The position numbers were made by a program, and so were the translations under genes. This document shows, piece by piece, positions 18,503-27,649 of a DNA stretch of 37,009 nucleotides (positions within the stretch are counted from its first letter, which is position 1; the number at the start of each line of letters is the position of its first letter). The DNA comes from Leifsonia sp. (GTDB lineage Bacteria > Actinomycetota > Actinomycetes > Actinomycetales > Microbacteriaceae): positions 1-37,009 of the forward strand of contig JANOED010000022.1 of NCBI GenBank assembly GCA_031413035.1, in the 5' to 3' direction. The notes beneath the pieces were generated by a model. That model had not been told where the DNA came from. It searched no databases and saw nothing but the letters and a program-made list of their open reading frames with translations.

Positions 18503-19840
18503 CTAGAGGATCTCGAGATTGCTCTCCAGCTCGAACGGTGTCACCTGGGCGCGGTACTGGCTCCACTCGCGACGCTTGTTGAGCAGCACATAGTTGAAGA
18601 CCTGCTCCCCCAAGGTTTCAGCGACGAGCTCTGAGTCCTCCATCAGCGAGACTGCGTGGTCGAGACTGGCGGGAAGTTGGTTGTACCCGAGCGCGCGTCG
18701 CTCGGAATCTGACAGTTCCCACACGTTGTCCTCGGCCTCGGGGGGCAGCTCGTAGCCCTCCTCGATTCCCTTCAGCCCTGCGGCGAGTAGCAACGAGAAG
18801 GTCAGGTATGGGTTGGCAGCGGAGTCGATCGCGCGGTACTCGACTCGCGCGCTCTGGCCCTTATTCGGCTTGTACAGCGGAACGCGCACCAGTGCCGAGC
18901 GGTTGTTGTGGCCCCAGGTGACAAAACTCGGAGCCTCGTCCCCGCCCCAGAGACGCTTGTAGGAGTTGACATACTGGTTCGTGACGGCGGTGATCTCTGG
19001 CGCATGACGCAGGAGGCCCGCCACGAACTGGCGGCCGATCTTCGAGAGCTGATAGTGGCCAGCCGCATCGTAGAACGCATTCGAGTCGCCTTCGAAGAGC
19101 GAGAGGTGGGTGTGCATGCCCGAACCAGGATGCCCCGACAGCGGCTTCGGCATGAACGTCGCGTAGACGCCCTGCTCGATCGCCACCTCCTTGATTACCG
19201 TCCTGAAGGTCATGATGTTGTCGGCCGTCGTCAGCGCGTCTGCGTAGCGCAGGTCAATCTCGTTCTGGCCTGGACCGGCCTCGTGATGACTGAATTCGAC
19301 CGAGATACCGAGATCCTCGAGCATCCGCACCGAGCGCCGACGAAAGTCGTGCGCGGTTCCGCCAGGCACGTTGTCGAAGAATCCGGCAGAGTCGACCGGC
19401 TCGGGCTGACCGTTAACCAGCTTGGGAGACGTGAGCAGGTAGAACTCGATCTCAGGATGCGTGTAGAACGAGAACCCGCGATCGGCCGCCTTAGCGAGCG
19501 CGCGTTTGAGCACGTTTCTCGGGTCTGAGACCGATGGCTGCCCGTCGGGCGTTGTGATGTCGCAGAACATCCGCGCGGTCGGGTCGATTTCTCCGCGCCA
19601 CGGAAGAATTTGGAAGGTGCTGGGGTCGGGCTGCGCGAGCATGTCGGCTTCGTAGGCCCGCGTGAATCCTTCGATTGCCGAGCCGTCGAACCCGAGGCCC
19701 TCGGCGAAGGCACCCTCAACTTCGGCCGGAGTGATCGCAACACTTTTGAGGGTTCCGACCACATCGGTGAACCAGAGCCGGATGAACTTGACCCCTCGCT
19801 CTTCGATTGTGCGAAGAACGAAGTCACGCTGCTTGTCCAT
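18503..19840 (-). CDS. glnA2: Glutamine synthetase family protein (GlnA2)
   Basis: FDGSAIEG, HHEAGPGQNE, ATFMPKP, GSGMHTH; lacks the adenylylation Tyr (NVWEL); directly upstream of glnE. Confidence 0.92.
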   Translation of the reverse strand: MDKQRDFVLRTIEERGVKFIRLWFTDVVGTLKSVAITPAEVEGAFAEGLGFDGSAIEGFTRAYEADMLAQPDPSTFQILPWRGEIDPTARMFCDITTPDGQPSVSDPRNVLKRALAKAADRGFSFYTHPEIEFYLLTSPKLVNGQPEPVDSAGFFDNVPGGTAHDFRRRSVRMLEDLGISVEFSHHEAGPGQNEIDLRYADALTTADNIMTFRTVIKEVAIEQGVYATFMPKPLSGHPGSGMHTHLSLFEGDSNAFYDAAGHYQLSKIGRQFVAGLLRHAPEITAVTNQYVNSYKRLWGGDEAPSFVTWGHNNRSALVRVPLYKPNKGQSARVEYRAIDSAANPYLTFSLLLAAGLKGIEEGYELPPEAEDNVWELSDSERRALGYNQLPASLDHAVSLMEDSELVAETLGEQVFNYVLLNKRREWSQYRAQVTPFELESNLEIL

Positions 19841-19891
19841 TCTCCTAGGCTACTGGGTAGCACCGTGGGAGACGTCACTAGACTCAAACCC

Positions 19892-20707
19892 ATGGCAGAG
19901 CAGGCAGTCAAGCGCGTTCGCACCAGGCACTTTCAGGCCGCGAAAGAGAACGGCATCAAGATCACCGGGCTCACCAGCTACGACCAGTTGACTGCCGGAA
20001 TCTTTGATGAGGCGGGCATCGACTTCCTCCTCGTCGGCGACTCGGCGGGCAACAACGTCTATGGGTACGACACAACTCTGCCCGTGTCGATCGACGACCT
20101 GATCCCGCTCGCTCGCGCTGTTGCTGGCGCGGTTCAGCGGGCGTTTGTGGTCGCCGACATGCCCTTCGGTTCATACGAGACTGGACCTGACGAGGCGCTC
20201 CACACCGCGTTCAGATTCATGAAGGAAACCGGAGCACATGCGGTCAAGCTCGAGGGTGGCGAGCGCAGTGCGGAGCAAATTCGTCGGATCGTTAGCGCGG
20301 GCATCCCGGTCATGGCGCATATCGGTTTCACCCCGCAGAGCGAGCACGGCCTCGGGGGGCACGTGATTCAGGGGCGCGGCGAGCAGCTCAAGCAGCTCCT
20401 TGCCGACGCGCACGCCGTCGAGAATGCAGGGGCGTTCGCGGTTGTGCTCGAGATGGTTCCCAGCGCAGCAGCTGCTCAGGTAACCAACGAGTTAAGAATA
20501 CCGACCATCGGAGTCGGAGCGGGTCCGCATGTCGACGGACAGCTCTTGGTCTGGACCGACTGGGCGGGCTTCACGAAGGGTCGCATCCCGAAGTTCGTCA
20601 AGCAGTACGCCAACCTGCGGGAAACCCTCAGCAAGGCCGTAACTGAGTACCGGTCCGACGTTGAGGGCGGTCACTACCCGGGACCCGAGCACTCCTACGA
20701 GGACTGA
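19892..20707 (+). CDS. panB: 3-methyl-2-oxobutanoate hydroxymethyltransferase
   Basis: LTSYD, LVGDS, VADMPFGSY, VKLEGG, HIGFTPQS and PTIGVGAG motifs; start ATG 19892 after TAGACT -10. Confidence 0.96.
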   Translation: MAEQAVKRVRTRHFQAAKENGIKITGLTSYDQLTAGIFDEAGIDFLLVGDSAGNNVYGYDTTLPVSIDDLIPLARAVAGAVQRAFVVADMPFGSYETGPDEALHTAFRFMKETGAHAVKLEGGERSAEQIRRIVSAGIPVMAHIGFTPQSEHGLGGHVIQGRGEQLKQLLADAHAVENAGAFAVVLEMVPSAAAAQVTNELRIPTIGVGAGPHVDGQLLVWTDWAGFTKGRIPKFVKQYANLRETLSKAVTEYRSDVEGGHYPGPEHSYED

Positions 20708-20715
20708 GGGCAACG

Positions 20716-21543
20716 GTGGCCGAGCGCGGCGCGGTGCGTATCGGAATGGCTGGCTGGGTCTACCCCGACTGGCGCGGCACTTTCTACCCGAAAGGCACGA
20801 CGCAGAAGAACGAACTCGCCTATGCCTCGCGGCAGGTCACCTCAATAGAACTCAACGGGTCGTTCTACTCCCTGCAGAAGCCGTCGAGCTGGCAGAACTG
20901 GCGGGAGTCCACCCCTGACGACTTTGTCTTCTCCGTCAAGGCACCAAGGTTCATCACCCACATTCGACGGCTGGATGATGTGCACGAGCCTCTCGCCAAC
21001 TTCTTCGCGTCGGGCATCCTGTCGCTGGGTACGAAACTCGGCCCGGTGCTCTGGCAACTACCTCCCAGCCTCGAGTTCGAGCCGTACCTGATCGAGCGGT
21101 TCCTCGCGATGCTTCTGCACACGACTACCGAGGCGGTGGCCCTTGCCGCGCAACGGGGAGCCCGCATGACCGGCAAAGAGTACCTGGAGACCGACGCCGA
21201 ACGGCCGGTGCGCCACGCCTTCGAGATGCGGCATCCGAGTTTCAACTCTGTCGAAGCCGTCGAACTCCTACGTCGTCACGGCGTGGCCGCAGTCTATGGA
21301 GACTCTGAGGGCAAATGGCCGGTTGTCGACGCGGTGACGGCCGACTTTCGGTATGCACGCCTACACGCCGATACAACGATCTATCCACACGGATGGTACG
21401 AACCTGACGATCTCGATCGCTGGGCCGCCACCATTACCTCGTGGCTTGGTTCCGGCCAAGACGCCTTTGTCTATTTCGACAACGACACCAAGACACGCGC
21501 CCCCATCGACGCAGTAAGTCTGATCGAGCGGATGCGCCGCTAG
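20716..21543 (+). CDS. DUF72 (YecE-like) family protein
   Basis: IGMAGWVYPDWRGTFYP, ELNGSFY, FSVKAPRFITH, LWQLPPS, YARLH and VYFDND motifs. Confidence 0.92.
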   Translation: MAERGAVRIGMAGWVYPDWRGTFYPKGTTQKNELAYASRQVTSIELNGSFYSLQKPSSWQNWRESTPDDFVFSVKAPRFITHIRRLDDVHEPLANFFASGILSLGTKLGPVLWQLPPSLEFEPYLIERFLAMLLHTTTEAVALAAQRGARMTGKEYLETDAERPVRHAFEMRHPSFNSVEAVELLRRHGVAAVYGDSEGKWPVVDAVTADFRYARLHADTTIYPHGWYEPDDLDRWAATITSWLGSGQDAFVYFDNDTKTRAPIDAVSLIERMRR

Positions 21544-21719
21544 GTCTGATCCCAGTCGGTCGCTTCTTCTTGCGCCCACTTCCGAGCGCGTTCAGCGATG
21601 ATCTCGGGGGCCCGCGCTGCCTCCTCCGCGGTAGCGAATGGACCATCCCGGTCCGACGCCAACGAGAGCGCGCCCTCCTCCACCTCGCCCGTCTTATGGT
21701 TGTACCACCACTCGGTCAT
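21540..21719 (-). CDS. Small 59-aa hypothetical protein
   Basis: MTEWWYNHKTGEVEEGALSLASDRDGPFATAEEAARAPEIIAERARKWAQEEATDWDQT; GGGAGG RBS; fills the gap between DUF72 and map. It is only the tail of a spurious 372-aa track ORF. Confidence 0.8.
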   Translation of the reverse strand: MTEWWYNHKTGEVEEGALSLASDRDGPFATAEEAARAPEIIAERARKWAQEEATDWDQT

Positions 21720-21752
21720 CTGAGCCTCCCTTACGAAACTAGACTCAACACT

Positions 21753-22637
21753 ATGCCTCGGGACTCGCAGGGACACCTCATCCCGGGGACCATTTCGGCT
21801 CTGCGGACGGTGCCTGCGGGCGTCGAGCGGCCCGAGTATGTGGACCGCCGTGAGCCCGCGCCATTCACCCGATCGAACGTCTACACGCCAGACGAGATCG
21901 ACCGGATTCGCCGTTCGGGCCGCGTCGCCGCCCAGGCCGTCGGGGCCGTGGGCGCATCGATTCGACCCGGCGTGACGACCGATCAACTGGATGCGGTGGC
22001 GCACGAGTTTCTCATCGAGCGCGGCGCGTACCCCTCGACGCTCGGCTACCGCGGGTACCCCAAGTCGTGCTGCACCAGTCTCAACGAGGTCGTGTGTCAC
22101 GGCATCCCCGACAACACCGAACTCGTGGACGGCGACCTCATCAACATCGACATCACGGCCTATCTCGACGGGATGCACGGCGACCTCAATGCGACCTTTG
22201 TCGTCGGAGAAGCGGCCCCTGAGGTGGTTGACCTCGTCGAACGCACGCGTGAGGCTCTCGCGCGGGGAATCAAGGCGGTCGCCCCCGGACGCCAGGTCAA
22301 CGTCATCGGCAGGGCGATCGAATCCTATGCACGCAGGTTTGGCTACGGCGTAATTCGTGATTTCACTGGGCATGGTGTCGGTGCCGCATTCCACACCGGA
22401 CTGATCATTCCGCACTACGATTCCGCCCCCAACTTCGACGATGTGATGGAGGTCGGCATGGTGTTCACGATCGAGCCGATGCTGACCATGGGAACCCCCG
22501 AAGCCCCCGGCACAATCGCGTGGGATCAATGGGACGACGACTGGACTGTCACAACCCGCGACAAGTCGCTCACCGCGCAGTTCGAACACACCCTCGTGGT
22601 GACCGAGCGCGGCGCCGACATCCTGACACTGCCCTAA
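21753..22637 (+). CDS. map: Methionine aminopeptidase type I
   Basis: CTSLNEVVCHGIP, INIDIT, HGDLN, GHGVG, FTIEPM and AQFEHT motifs; ATG 21753 after TAGACT -10. Confidence 0.96.
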   Translation: MPRDSQGHLIPGTISALRTVPAGVERPEYVDRREPAPFTRSNVYTPDEIDRIRRSGRVAAQAVGAVGASIRPGVTTDQLDAVAHEFLIERGAYPSTLGYRGYPKSCCTSLNEVVCHGIPDNTELVDGDLINIDITAYLDGMHGDLNATFVVGEAAPEVVDLVERTREALARGIKAVAPGRQVNVIGRAIESYARRFGYGVIRDFTGHGVGAAFHTGLIIPHYDSAPNFDDVMEVGMVFTIEPMLTMGTPEAPGTIAWDQWDDDWTVTTRDKSLTAQFEHTLVVTERGADILTLP

Positions 22638-22651
22638 GGGAGAATCACAAC

Positions 22652-23413
22652 ATGGCAACGGCGCTAGGAATTGACATCGGTGGCACGGGCATCAAGGGTG
22701 CACTAGTCGACACCGCGACCGGCGAACTGCTCAGCGAGCGACTCAAGCTGCCGACACCGGCGGGCGGCTTGCCCGACGACATCGTTCGAACAGTGGTCGA
22801 GCTGATCGCGCTGCTCGGAGGAATCGGCGATGGCGTTCCGGTCGGCGTGTGCTTCCCTGCTGTCGTGAGAGACGGCCGCACACTGTCAGCGGCGAACGTT
22901 TCGAAACGGTGGATCGGGCTCGAGGCCGAGAAGCTCTTCGAGAAGGCACTCGGGCGCGACATCCACTTTGTCAATGACGCGGATGCCGCAGGTTTTGCCG
23001 AGACCCGTTTCGGTGCTGCGAAGGGGATCCATGGCCTCGTCATTGTGACAACTCTTGGCACAGGTATCGGCAGCGCGTTGATTTACAACGGGGTGCTTAT
23101 TCCCAACTCCGAGCTGGGACACCTCGAAGTCGACGGACGTGATGCCGAGAGCCGGGCCGCCTACTCGGTGAAGGAGCGCAGCCGCCTGAGCTGGAGACGT
23201 TGGGCTGCACGACTGCAGCGGTACTACGCGCACCTCGAGAGGATTTTCTCCCCCGACCTGTTTATCGTCGGCGGCGGCGTATCAAAGAGTCACGAAGAGT
23301 TCTTGCCGCTACTCAGGCTGCAGACGCCCATCGTTCCCGCCACTCATCGCAACAATGCGGGAATTCTGGGAGCCGCAGCCCTCGCGGCAGGTGCTACCGC
23401 TACTGCTTTGTGA
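22652..23413 (+). CDS. ppgK: Polyphosphate glucokinase (ROK family)
   Basis: GIDIGGTGIKGA, NDADAAG, TLGTGIGSA, NSELGH, GGGVSK and NNAGILGAA motifs; GGGAG RBS. Confidence 0.93.
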   Translation: MATALGIDIGGTGIKGALVDTATGELLSERLKLPTPAGGLPDDIVRTVVELIALLGGIGDGVPVGVCFPAVVRDGRTLSAANVSKRWIGLEAEKLFEKALGRDIHFVNDADAAGFAETRFGAAKGIHGLVIVTTLGTGIGSALIYNGVLIPNSELGHLEVDGRDAESRAAYSVKERSRLSWRRWAARLQRYYAHLERIFSPDLFIVGGGVSKSHEEFLPLLRLQTPIVPATHRNNAGILGAAALAAGATATAL

Positions 23414-23792
23414 TCGTCACGGTCCAGGTCGCAGCACCCTGTGAGCCGTCGAGATTGATTGAGTTGCCGCCCGAGAACGGGCCCGTCATCGTCGCGACGC
23501 CATCGCTGAATGCGATGGTGATCGTGAGGTTACCTCCGGCGAGCGCCCACGTGTCAGACGTATCGTCGTAGCTGTCGCCGTTGTAAGTGAGACCAACGGT
23601 GTTGTCGGGCTGGAACTCGAACAGCCAGGTGTCACCATCGGAGTCGGTGCCGCCCCAAGTGGTGCCGGAGACGGTGGCGCCGGTATCGGTAGTGCCGCCA
23701 CCATTCGTTGACGGGGCGAAGAAGCAGCCGCTCAGGCTCACAAGGAGCGTCAGAACAATGGCGGCCAGGACTGTGGGGCGGATGGTCTTCAT
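23400..23792 (-). CDS. Putative lipoprotein with small beta-rich domain
   Basis: MKTIRPTVLAAIVLTLLVSLSGC lipobox signal; Gly/Thr/Asp-rich mature part (GTTWGGTDSDGDTWLFEF...). Confidence 0.75.
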   Translation of the reverse strand: MKTIRPTVLAAIVLTLLVSLSGCFFAPSTNGGGTTDTGATVSGTTWGGTDSDGDTWLFEFQPDNTVGLTYNGDSYDDTSDTWALAGGNLTITIAFSDGVATMTGPFSGGNSINLDGSQGAATWTVTITKQ

Positions 23793-23913
23793 AGCTGCAC
23801 AATATCGGCGTAGCGTCTCTCCCCGCAACGGGCACCGAGCGCGAGTATTCGAAGCACCAAGCCAAGGCTTGCCTGACTGGCACAGGATGCCCGCCCGGGT
23901 GTTAGCTGTCGAC

Positions 23914-24642
23914 ATGAGCATCTCAGACTCTCCGACCGGCCGACACAATGAACCCCACGGCGATGGCATCGCACACCGGCTCAACTGGCTGCGGGCAGGA
24001 GTCTTGGGCGCCAACGACGGCATCGTCTCCGTAGCGGCAATTGTGGTCGGGGTCGCCGGCGCGACGTCGGCGATCGCGCCGATCCTTACCGCCGGCGTTG
24101 CCGGCCTCGTTGGTGGCGCGATCTCGATGGCGCTGGGCGAGTACGTTTCAGTGTCGAGCCAACGCGACACTCAGAACGCGTTGATCGCCAAGGAGCGACG
24201 CGAACTCGCGGAACAGCCCGAAGAAGAACTCGCCGAACTCGTTGGGCTCTACGAGAAGAAGGGTCTGAGTGCTGCAACCGCCCAAAAGGTGGCCGTCGAA
24301 CTGACCGCACACGACGCGCTCGCCGCCCACCTCGAGACCGAACTGGGGATCAACGAGGCCGACGTGGTGAGCGCGTGGCAGGCGGCCGGGGCATCCGCGC
24401 TCGCGTTCTTTGTCGGGGCGATTCTGCCGCTACTGGCAATCCTGCTCCCCCCGGAGGAGGCTCGTGTTCCGGTGACGTTCGTTGCCGTGCTGATCGCTCT
24501 AGCCGGAACCGGGGCGCTGAGCGCATGGATCGGCGGCAGCCACTGGCTGCGACCCACCCTGCGTGTCGTTATCGGTGGAGCGATCGCCCTGGCAGCAACG
24601 TTCCTGATCGGAACGCTGCTGGGAACCAGCGGGATGGTGTGA
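23914..24642 (+). CDS. VIT1/CCC1 family Fe/Mn transporter
   Basis: WLRAGVLGANDGIVS and SMALGEYVSVSSQRD signatures; start taken at ATG 23914. Confidence 0.93.
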   Translation: MSISDSPTGRHNEPHGDGIAHRLNWLRAGVLGANDGIVSVAAIVVGVAGATSAIAPILTAGVAGLVGGAISMALGEYVSVSSQRDTQNALIAKERRELAEQPEEELAELVGLYEKKGLSAATAQKVAVELTAHDALAAHLETELGINEADVVSAWQAAGASALAFFVGAILPLLAILLPPEEARVPVTFVAVLIALAGTGALSAWIGGSHWLRPTLRVVIGGAIALAATFLIGTLLGTSGMV

Positions 24643-24643
24643 C

Positions 24644-25225
24644 CTAGCCCACGTTGAAGGTGATCGCGCTCACGAAGAACACGACGAAACTCACAATGGC
24701 GATCACAGTGGATAGCACTCCCATGGCGAGACCCGCGACGGCTAGGCCCATGAGGGTGCTCGGGGCACCTTCAGCACGCAGTTGGCGCGCTCGCGCCATG
24801 CCCCTGACTGAGAAGATCACGGCGATGATCGACACCACGAAGAAGATGTTGAAGAAGATCGATACCAAACCGGCAACGAAGCCGTAGAAGGCATCCCTAT
24901 TCACCGACGCATCGATTACCCGCCCCGGAGCGGTCGAGAGCACTGCTGTACCCCAAGTGGCCACGCGTCCGGGCGCATAAGGGTCGGGGCGTTGCGGTGC
25001 CGGGTTTGACGCCGAGTACACGACGGGAGTTTGGGGCGACACTGGCGGGGGCACTGGCACCGCTGCCGGCACCGGCACAACTCCTGTGGCCGCAACCACC
25101 GGCGCAGCGGATGCCACGGCTCCACCTCGCCGTGAGTCGCTCCACCCGGCGCCATTCCACCAGCGCTCACCGGGTACTCCGTCGGGATCCGGATACCACC
25201 CCGCGCGCTTCTTGTCGTCCGCCAT
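24644..25225 (-). CDS. DUF2510/DUF4190-like membrane protein
   Basis: AGWYPDPDG...ERWWNGAGWS (DUF2510-like), Pro-rich linker, C-terminal TM hairpin; TAAACT -10 just before ATG 25225. Confidence 0.8.
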   Translation of the reverse strand: MADDKKRAGWYPDPDGVPGERWWNGAGWSDSRRGGAVASAAPVVAATGVVPVPAAVPVPPPVSPQTPVVYSASNPAPQRPDPYAPGRVATWGTAVLSTAPGRVIDASVNRDAFYGFVAGLVSIFFNIFFVVSIIAVIFSVRGMARARQLRAEGAPSTLMGLAVAGLAMGVLSTVIAIVSFVVFFVSAITFNVG

Positions 25226-25240
25226 GCTGCTTAGTTTAGG

Positions 25241-25617
25241 GAATGGGCCGGCTGATACGCCGGGTTCTGTCCCGGTACCCTCTCGAGCACCTTCGACGGT
25301 CATCTATCTCGGGACTACGTTGCCGCAGCCCTCTAGCGGTCTACCCGGGAACTGGGCGAGCAGCCTTTAGAACGTTCCCTGTCTGACCTTGCTCCGGACG
25401 AGGTTTACCTAGCCGGCCGCGTCACCGCGACCGCTGGTGGTCTCTTACACCACCGTTTCACCCTTACCCCCGAGCCAAAGCTCGGCGGCGGTTTGCTTTC
25501 TGTTGCACTGTTCTCGCGGGTTGCCCCGGGTGGGCGTTACCCACCATCCTGCTCTGCGGAGCCCGGACGTTCCTCGACTTGCCTTGCGGAAGCCGCGACC
25601 GTCTTGCCGACCCATTC
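25241..25617 (-). ncRNA. rnpB: RNase P RNA (bacterial type A)
   Basis: Minus strand: 5' GAATGGGTCGGC pairs with 3' GCCGGCCCATTC (P1); GAGGAACGTCCGGGCTC, AGTGCAACAG, GGGTGAAACGG, GGTAAACC and ACAGAACCCGGC conserved blocks; TAGTAT -10 at 25626-25631. Confidence 0.95.
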
Positions 25618-25639
25618 GGTTGGCAATACTACTCCGGCA

Positions 25640-26062
25640 TCAGTTGCCGAAGTCGGCCTTCATGTCCATCGCAAGATTGGCGAGCTTGTCGGCCCGTGAG
25701 TTGTCGAGTCGTGGAATCCACTCGAACTTGACCGGAGTGCCGGTCAGAACCTGGCGTGCTTCGGCAGCAAGTTCGGCCATGTCGGGGTGCTTGATCTTCC
25801 AGCGACCCGACATCTGCTCGACCACGAGCTTCGAGTCCATGCGGATGTGCAGGTCAGCGTCGGGGTCGATCTGGATCGCGCGTCGCGCCCCCGCGATCAA
25901 CGCCTTGTACTCGGCGACGTTGTTGCTGGCCACGCCACCGTACAGTCCGATCTCCGCGAGAACCTCGCCGGTGACGGGGTCGATTACCACCGCGCCACTG
26001 CCAGACTGGCCGGGATTGCCGCGCGAGCCGCCATCCGCCTCAACAATCAGCGTGCGAGCCAC
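25640..26062 (-). CDS. rnhA: Ribonuclease HI (stand-alone RNase H domain)
   Basis: ADGGSRGNPG, NNVAEY, MDSKLVVEQM and NSRADKLAN motifs. Confidence 0.88.
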   Translation of the reverse strand: MARTLIVEADGGSRGNPGQSGSGAVVIDPVTGEVLAEIGLYGGVASNNVAEYKALIAGARRAIQIDPDADLHIRMDSKLVVEQMSGRWKIKHPDMAELAAEARQVLTGTPVKFEWIPRLDNSRADKLANLAMDMKADFGN

Positions 26063-26802
26063 TACAGCCCAGACTCGTCGGTGCGCACCAAGATTGCGTC
26101 GCTTGACGGGCAGATCAGCACATCGTCAGGCGCTGCGGCGCGGATCTTCTGCAGCTCATCTTCGAGCAATTTGACCCCGGAGCCTAGCGAGACTCCCCCG
26201 CGCAACAGTGAGGCACCGGTGCCGTAGCGGCTGCGCTGTTTCTCGTAGAGGGCAAGAAGCTCGTTCGGCAGTTGTGTCTGGAGCACTCGGCGGTGGTCCG
26301 CGGCCGTGCTCCGTTCCGAGCCTATCGTTGCCAAGGCGGCATCCCGAGAGGATTCAACCTCGGCGATCTGCGCCCGAACGCTCGCGAGCTGATCGCGCGT
26401 GGATGCCACGGCGGCCTGCTGCTCCTCAAGCTTCTCCATCACAGTCAGCTCGATCTCCTCAAGGTCGTCGAGACGTTTGCGCAGAGCGCTCAGTTCCTGT
26501 TCAAGGGCGGCGACATCCTTGACCGATGAGCTGGCCTGTAATCGCTCGCTGTCGCGCGTGATGCGGGATTCAACAAGGGCGACATCGCTCTCCACGCGAC
26601 CCATCTCCAGTTGCACGTTCTCTGCCAGGCCCTCCTGCACGACGAGCGTGAGTCTGTGTGCCTCGGCCTGTGCCCCCAGGTCGGCGAGGACGGCGAGCTC
26701 GGGAAGCGACTTCGCGCGGTGATCGAGCTGCGCAAGCTTGGTGTCGAGGGCCTGTAGGTCGAGGAGTAGAGCCTGAGTCTCGGGAGGTGCTTTTAGTGCC
26801 AT
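26062..26802 (-). CDS. Coiled-coil / C4 zinc-ribbon-like protein (DUF164 / Rv2229c-like)
   Basis: LLDLQALD start, long coiled coil, LYEKQR and C-terminal ICPSSDAILVR; only one Cys remains. Start ATG 26802; the track ORF is over-extended. Confidence 0.85.
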   Translation of the reverse strand: MALKAPPETQALLLDLQALDTKLAQLDHRAKSLPELAVLADLGAQAEAHRLTLVVQEGLAENVQLEMGRVESDVALVESRITRDSERLQASSSVKDVAALEQELSALRKRLDDLEEIELTVMEKLEEQQAAVASTRDQLASVRAQIAEVESSRDAALATIGSERSTAADHRRVLQTQLPNELLALYEKQRSRYGTGASLLRGGVSLGSGVKLLEDELQKIRAAAPDDVLICPSSDAILVRTDESGL

Positions 26803-26830
26803 GGGTGTACGTCGTCTCTTCTGGGGAAAA

Positions 26831-27649
26831 CTATTGGGTGACTGCGAAGTCCCACGGATCCGTGCGCAGGTCACTGACCGTGACAGTGACGCCGGGAAGT
26901 TCGGCGCGAAGCTCCGCCGCGGCAGTCTCAAGCCAGAGCCACTCGCTGGCCCAGTGCGAGATGTCGATGAGAGCAGGGCCGTGCCCGACCCGCGCATTCT
27001 CGCGGGCCTCCGAAGCTGGGTGGTGGCGTAGGTCGCTCGTGATGTAGACATCCGCTGCGAGCACCGCTGGTTCCGCCAGGTAGGCATCTCCCGCTCCCCC
27101 GCAGAGCGCAATCGTCGAGATCGGGGCGTCAAACTGCCCAGAAACGCGAACACCGGTGGCCGTCGCGGGCAGCACTTGGCCGAGAGTACGAGCAAGATGC
27201 CCGAGAGTTGTCGGCTGGGGCAGGCGACCGATTCGGCCGATGCCGCAGACGAGGTCAGGGCCGGGCACGATGGGGACCACGTCAACTAGGCCAAGCGCCC
27301 TGGCGAGGGTCGCCGACGTGCCAGTCCCCACCACGTCGGCATTCGTGTGAGCAGCAAGCAGCGCGCAGTGCCCGCGGATCAAGCTGGTCAGGGCCGCCCC
27401 CTTGTAGCGATCGGATGCCACGCTTGTCACGCCGCGAAGCAACAAGGGGTGGTGCACCAGCAGCATGCTTGCGCCCGACTCGATTGCCTCGTCGACGGTG
27501 TCGATGACGGCATCGACCGCAAGGAGAATCGACTCGACCGGAGCGTCGAGGTCGCCAGCGATCAGGCCGACGGCATCCCACGGCTCCGCGCCCGCGCGAG
27601 GCCAGAGTCGCTCGACCGCGGCGGTGACATCTGCCACGGTGAGGGTCAT
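26831..27649 (-). CDS. Nif3-like dinuclear metal centre protein
   Basis: WDAVGL, VHHPL, HTNAD, CGGAG, SDLRHH and SHWASE motifs; ATGA overlap with the upstream permease. Confidence 0.93.
   Translation of the reverse strand: MTLTVADVTAAVERLWPRAGAEPWDAVGLIAGDLDAPVESILLAVDAVIDTVDEAIESGASMLLVHHPLLLRGVTSVASDRYKGAALTSLIRGHCALLAAHTNADVVGTGTSATLARALGLVDVVPIVPGPDLVCGIGRIGRLPQPTTLGHLARTLGQVLPATATGVRVSGQFDAPISTIALCGGAGDAYLAEPAVLAADVYITSDLRHHPASEARENARVGHGPALIDISHWASEWLWLETAAAELRAELPGVTVTVSDLRTDPWDFAVTQ

Noticed and set aside
19841-19891. Possible GlnR box in the glnA2-panB divergent intergenic region
   Set aside because: A GTGAC half-site is present on the minus strand but there is no GAAAC b-site at 6-nt spacing.
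20716-21543. DUF72 gene as part of a novel defence or repair system
   Set aside because: A widespread stand-alone family, here downstream of panB with no associated partner genes or mobility signs.
21540-21543. Convergent genes sharing overlapping TAG stops in CTAG (also 32490-32493)
   Set aside because: A common result of compact gene packing; no further structure to suggest function.
21720-22658. Upstream part of the 372-aa minus-strand ORF
   Set aside because: Antisense to map; only the last 59 codons have an RBS and protein-like composition.
25437-26174. 245-aa plus-strand ORF and the N-terminal extension of the 24644-25303 ORF
   Set aside because: They overlap rnpB and the RNase H gene; the RNA gene explains the sequence.
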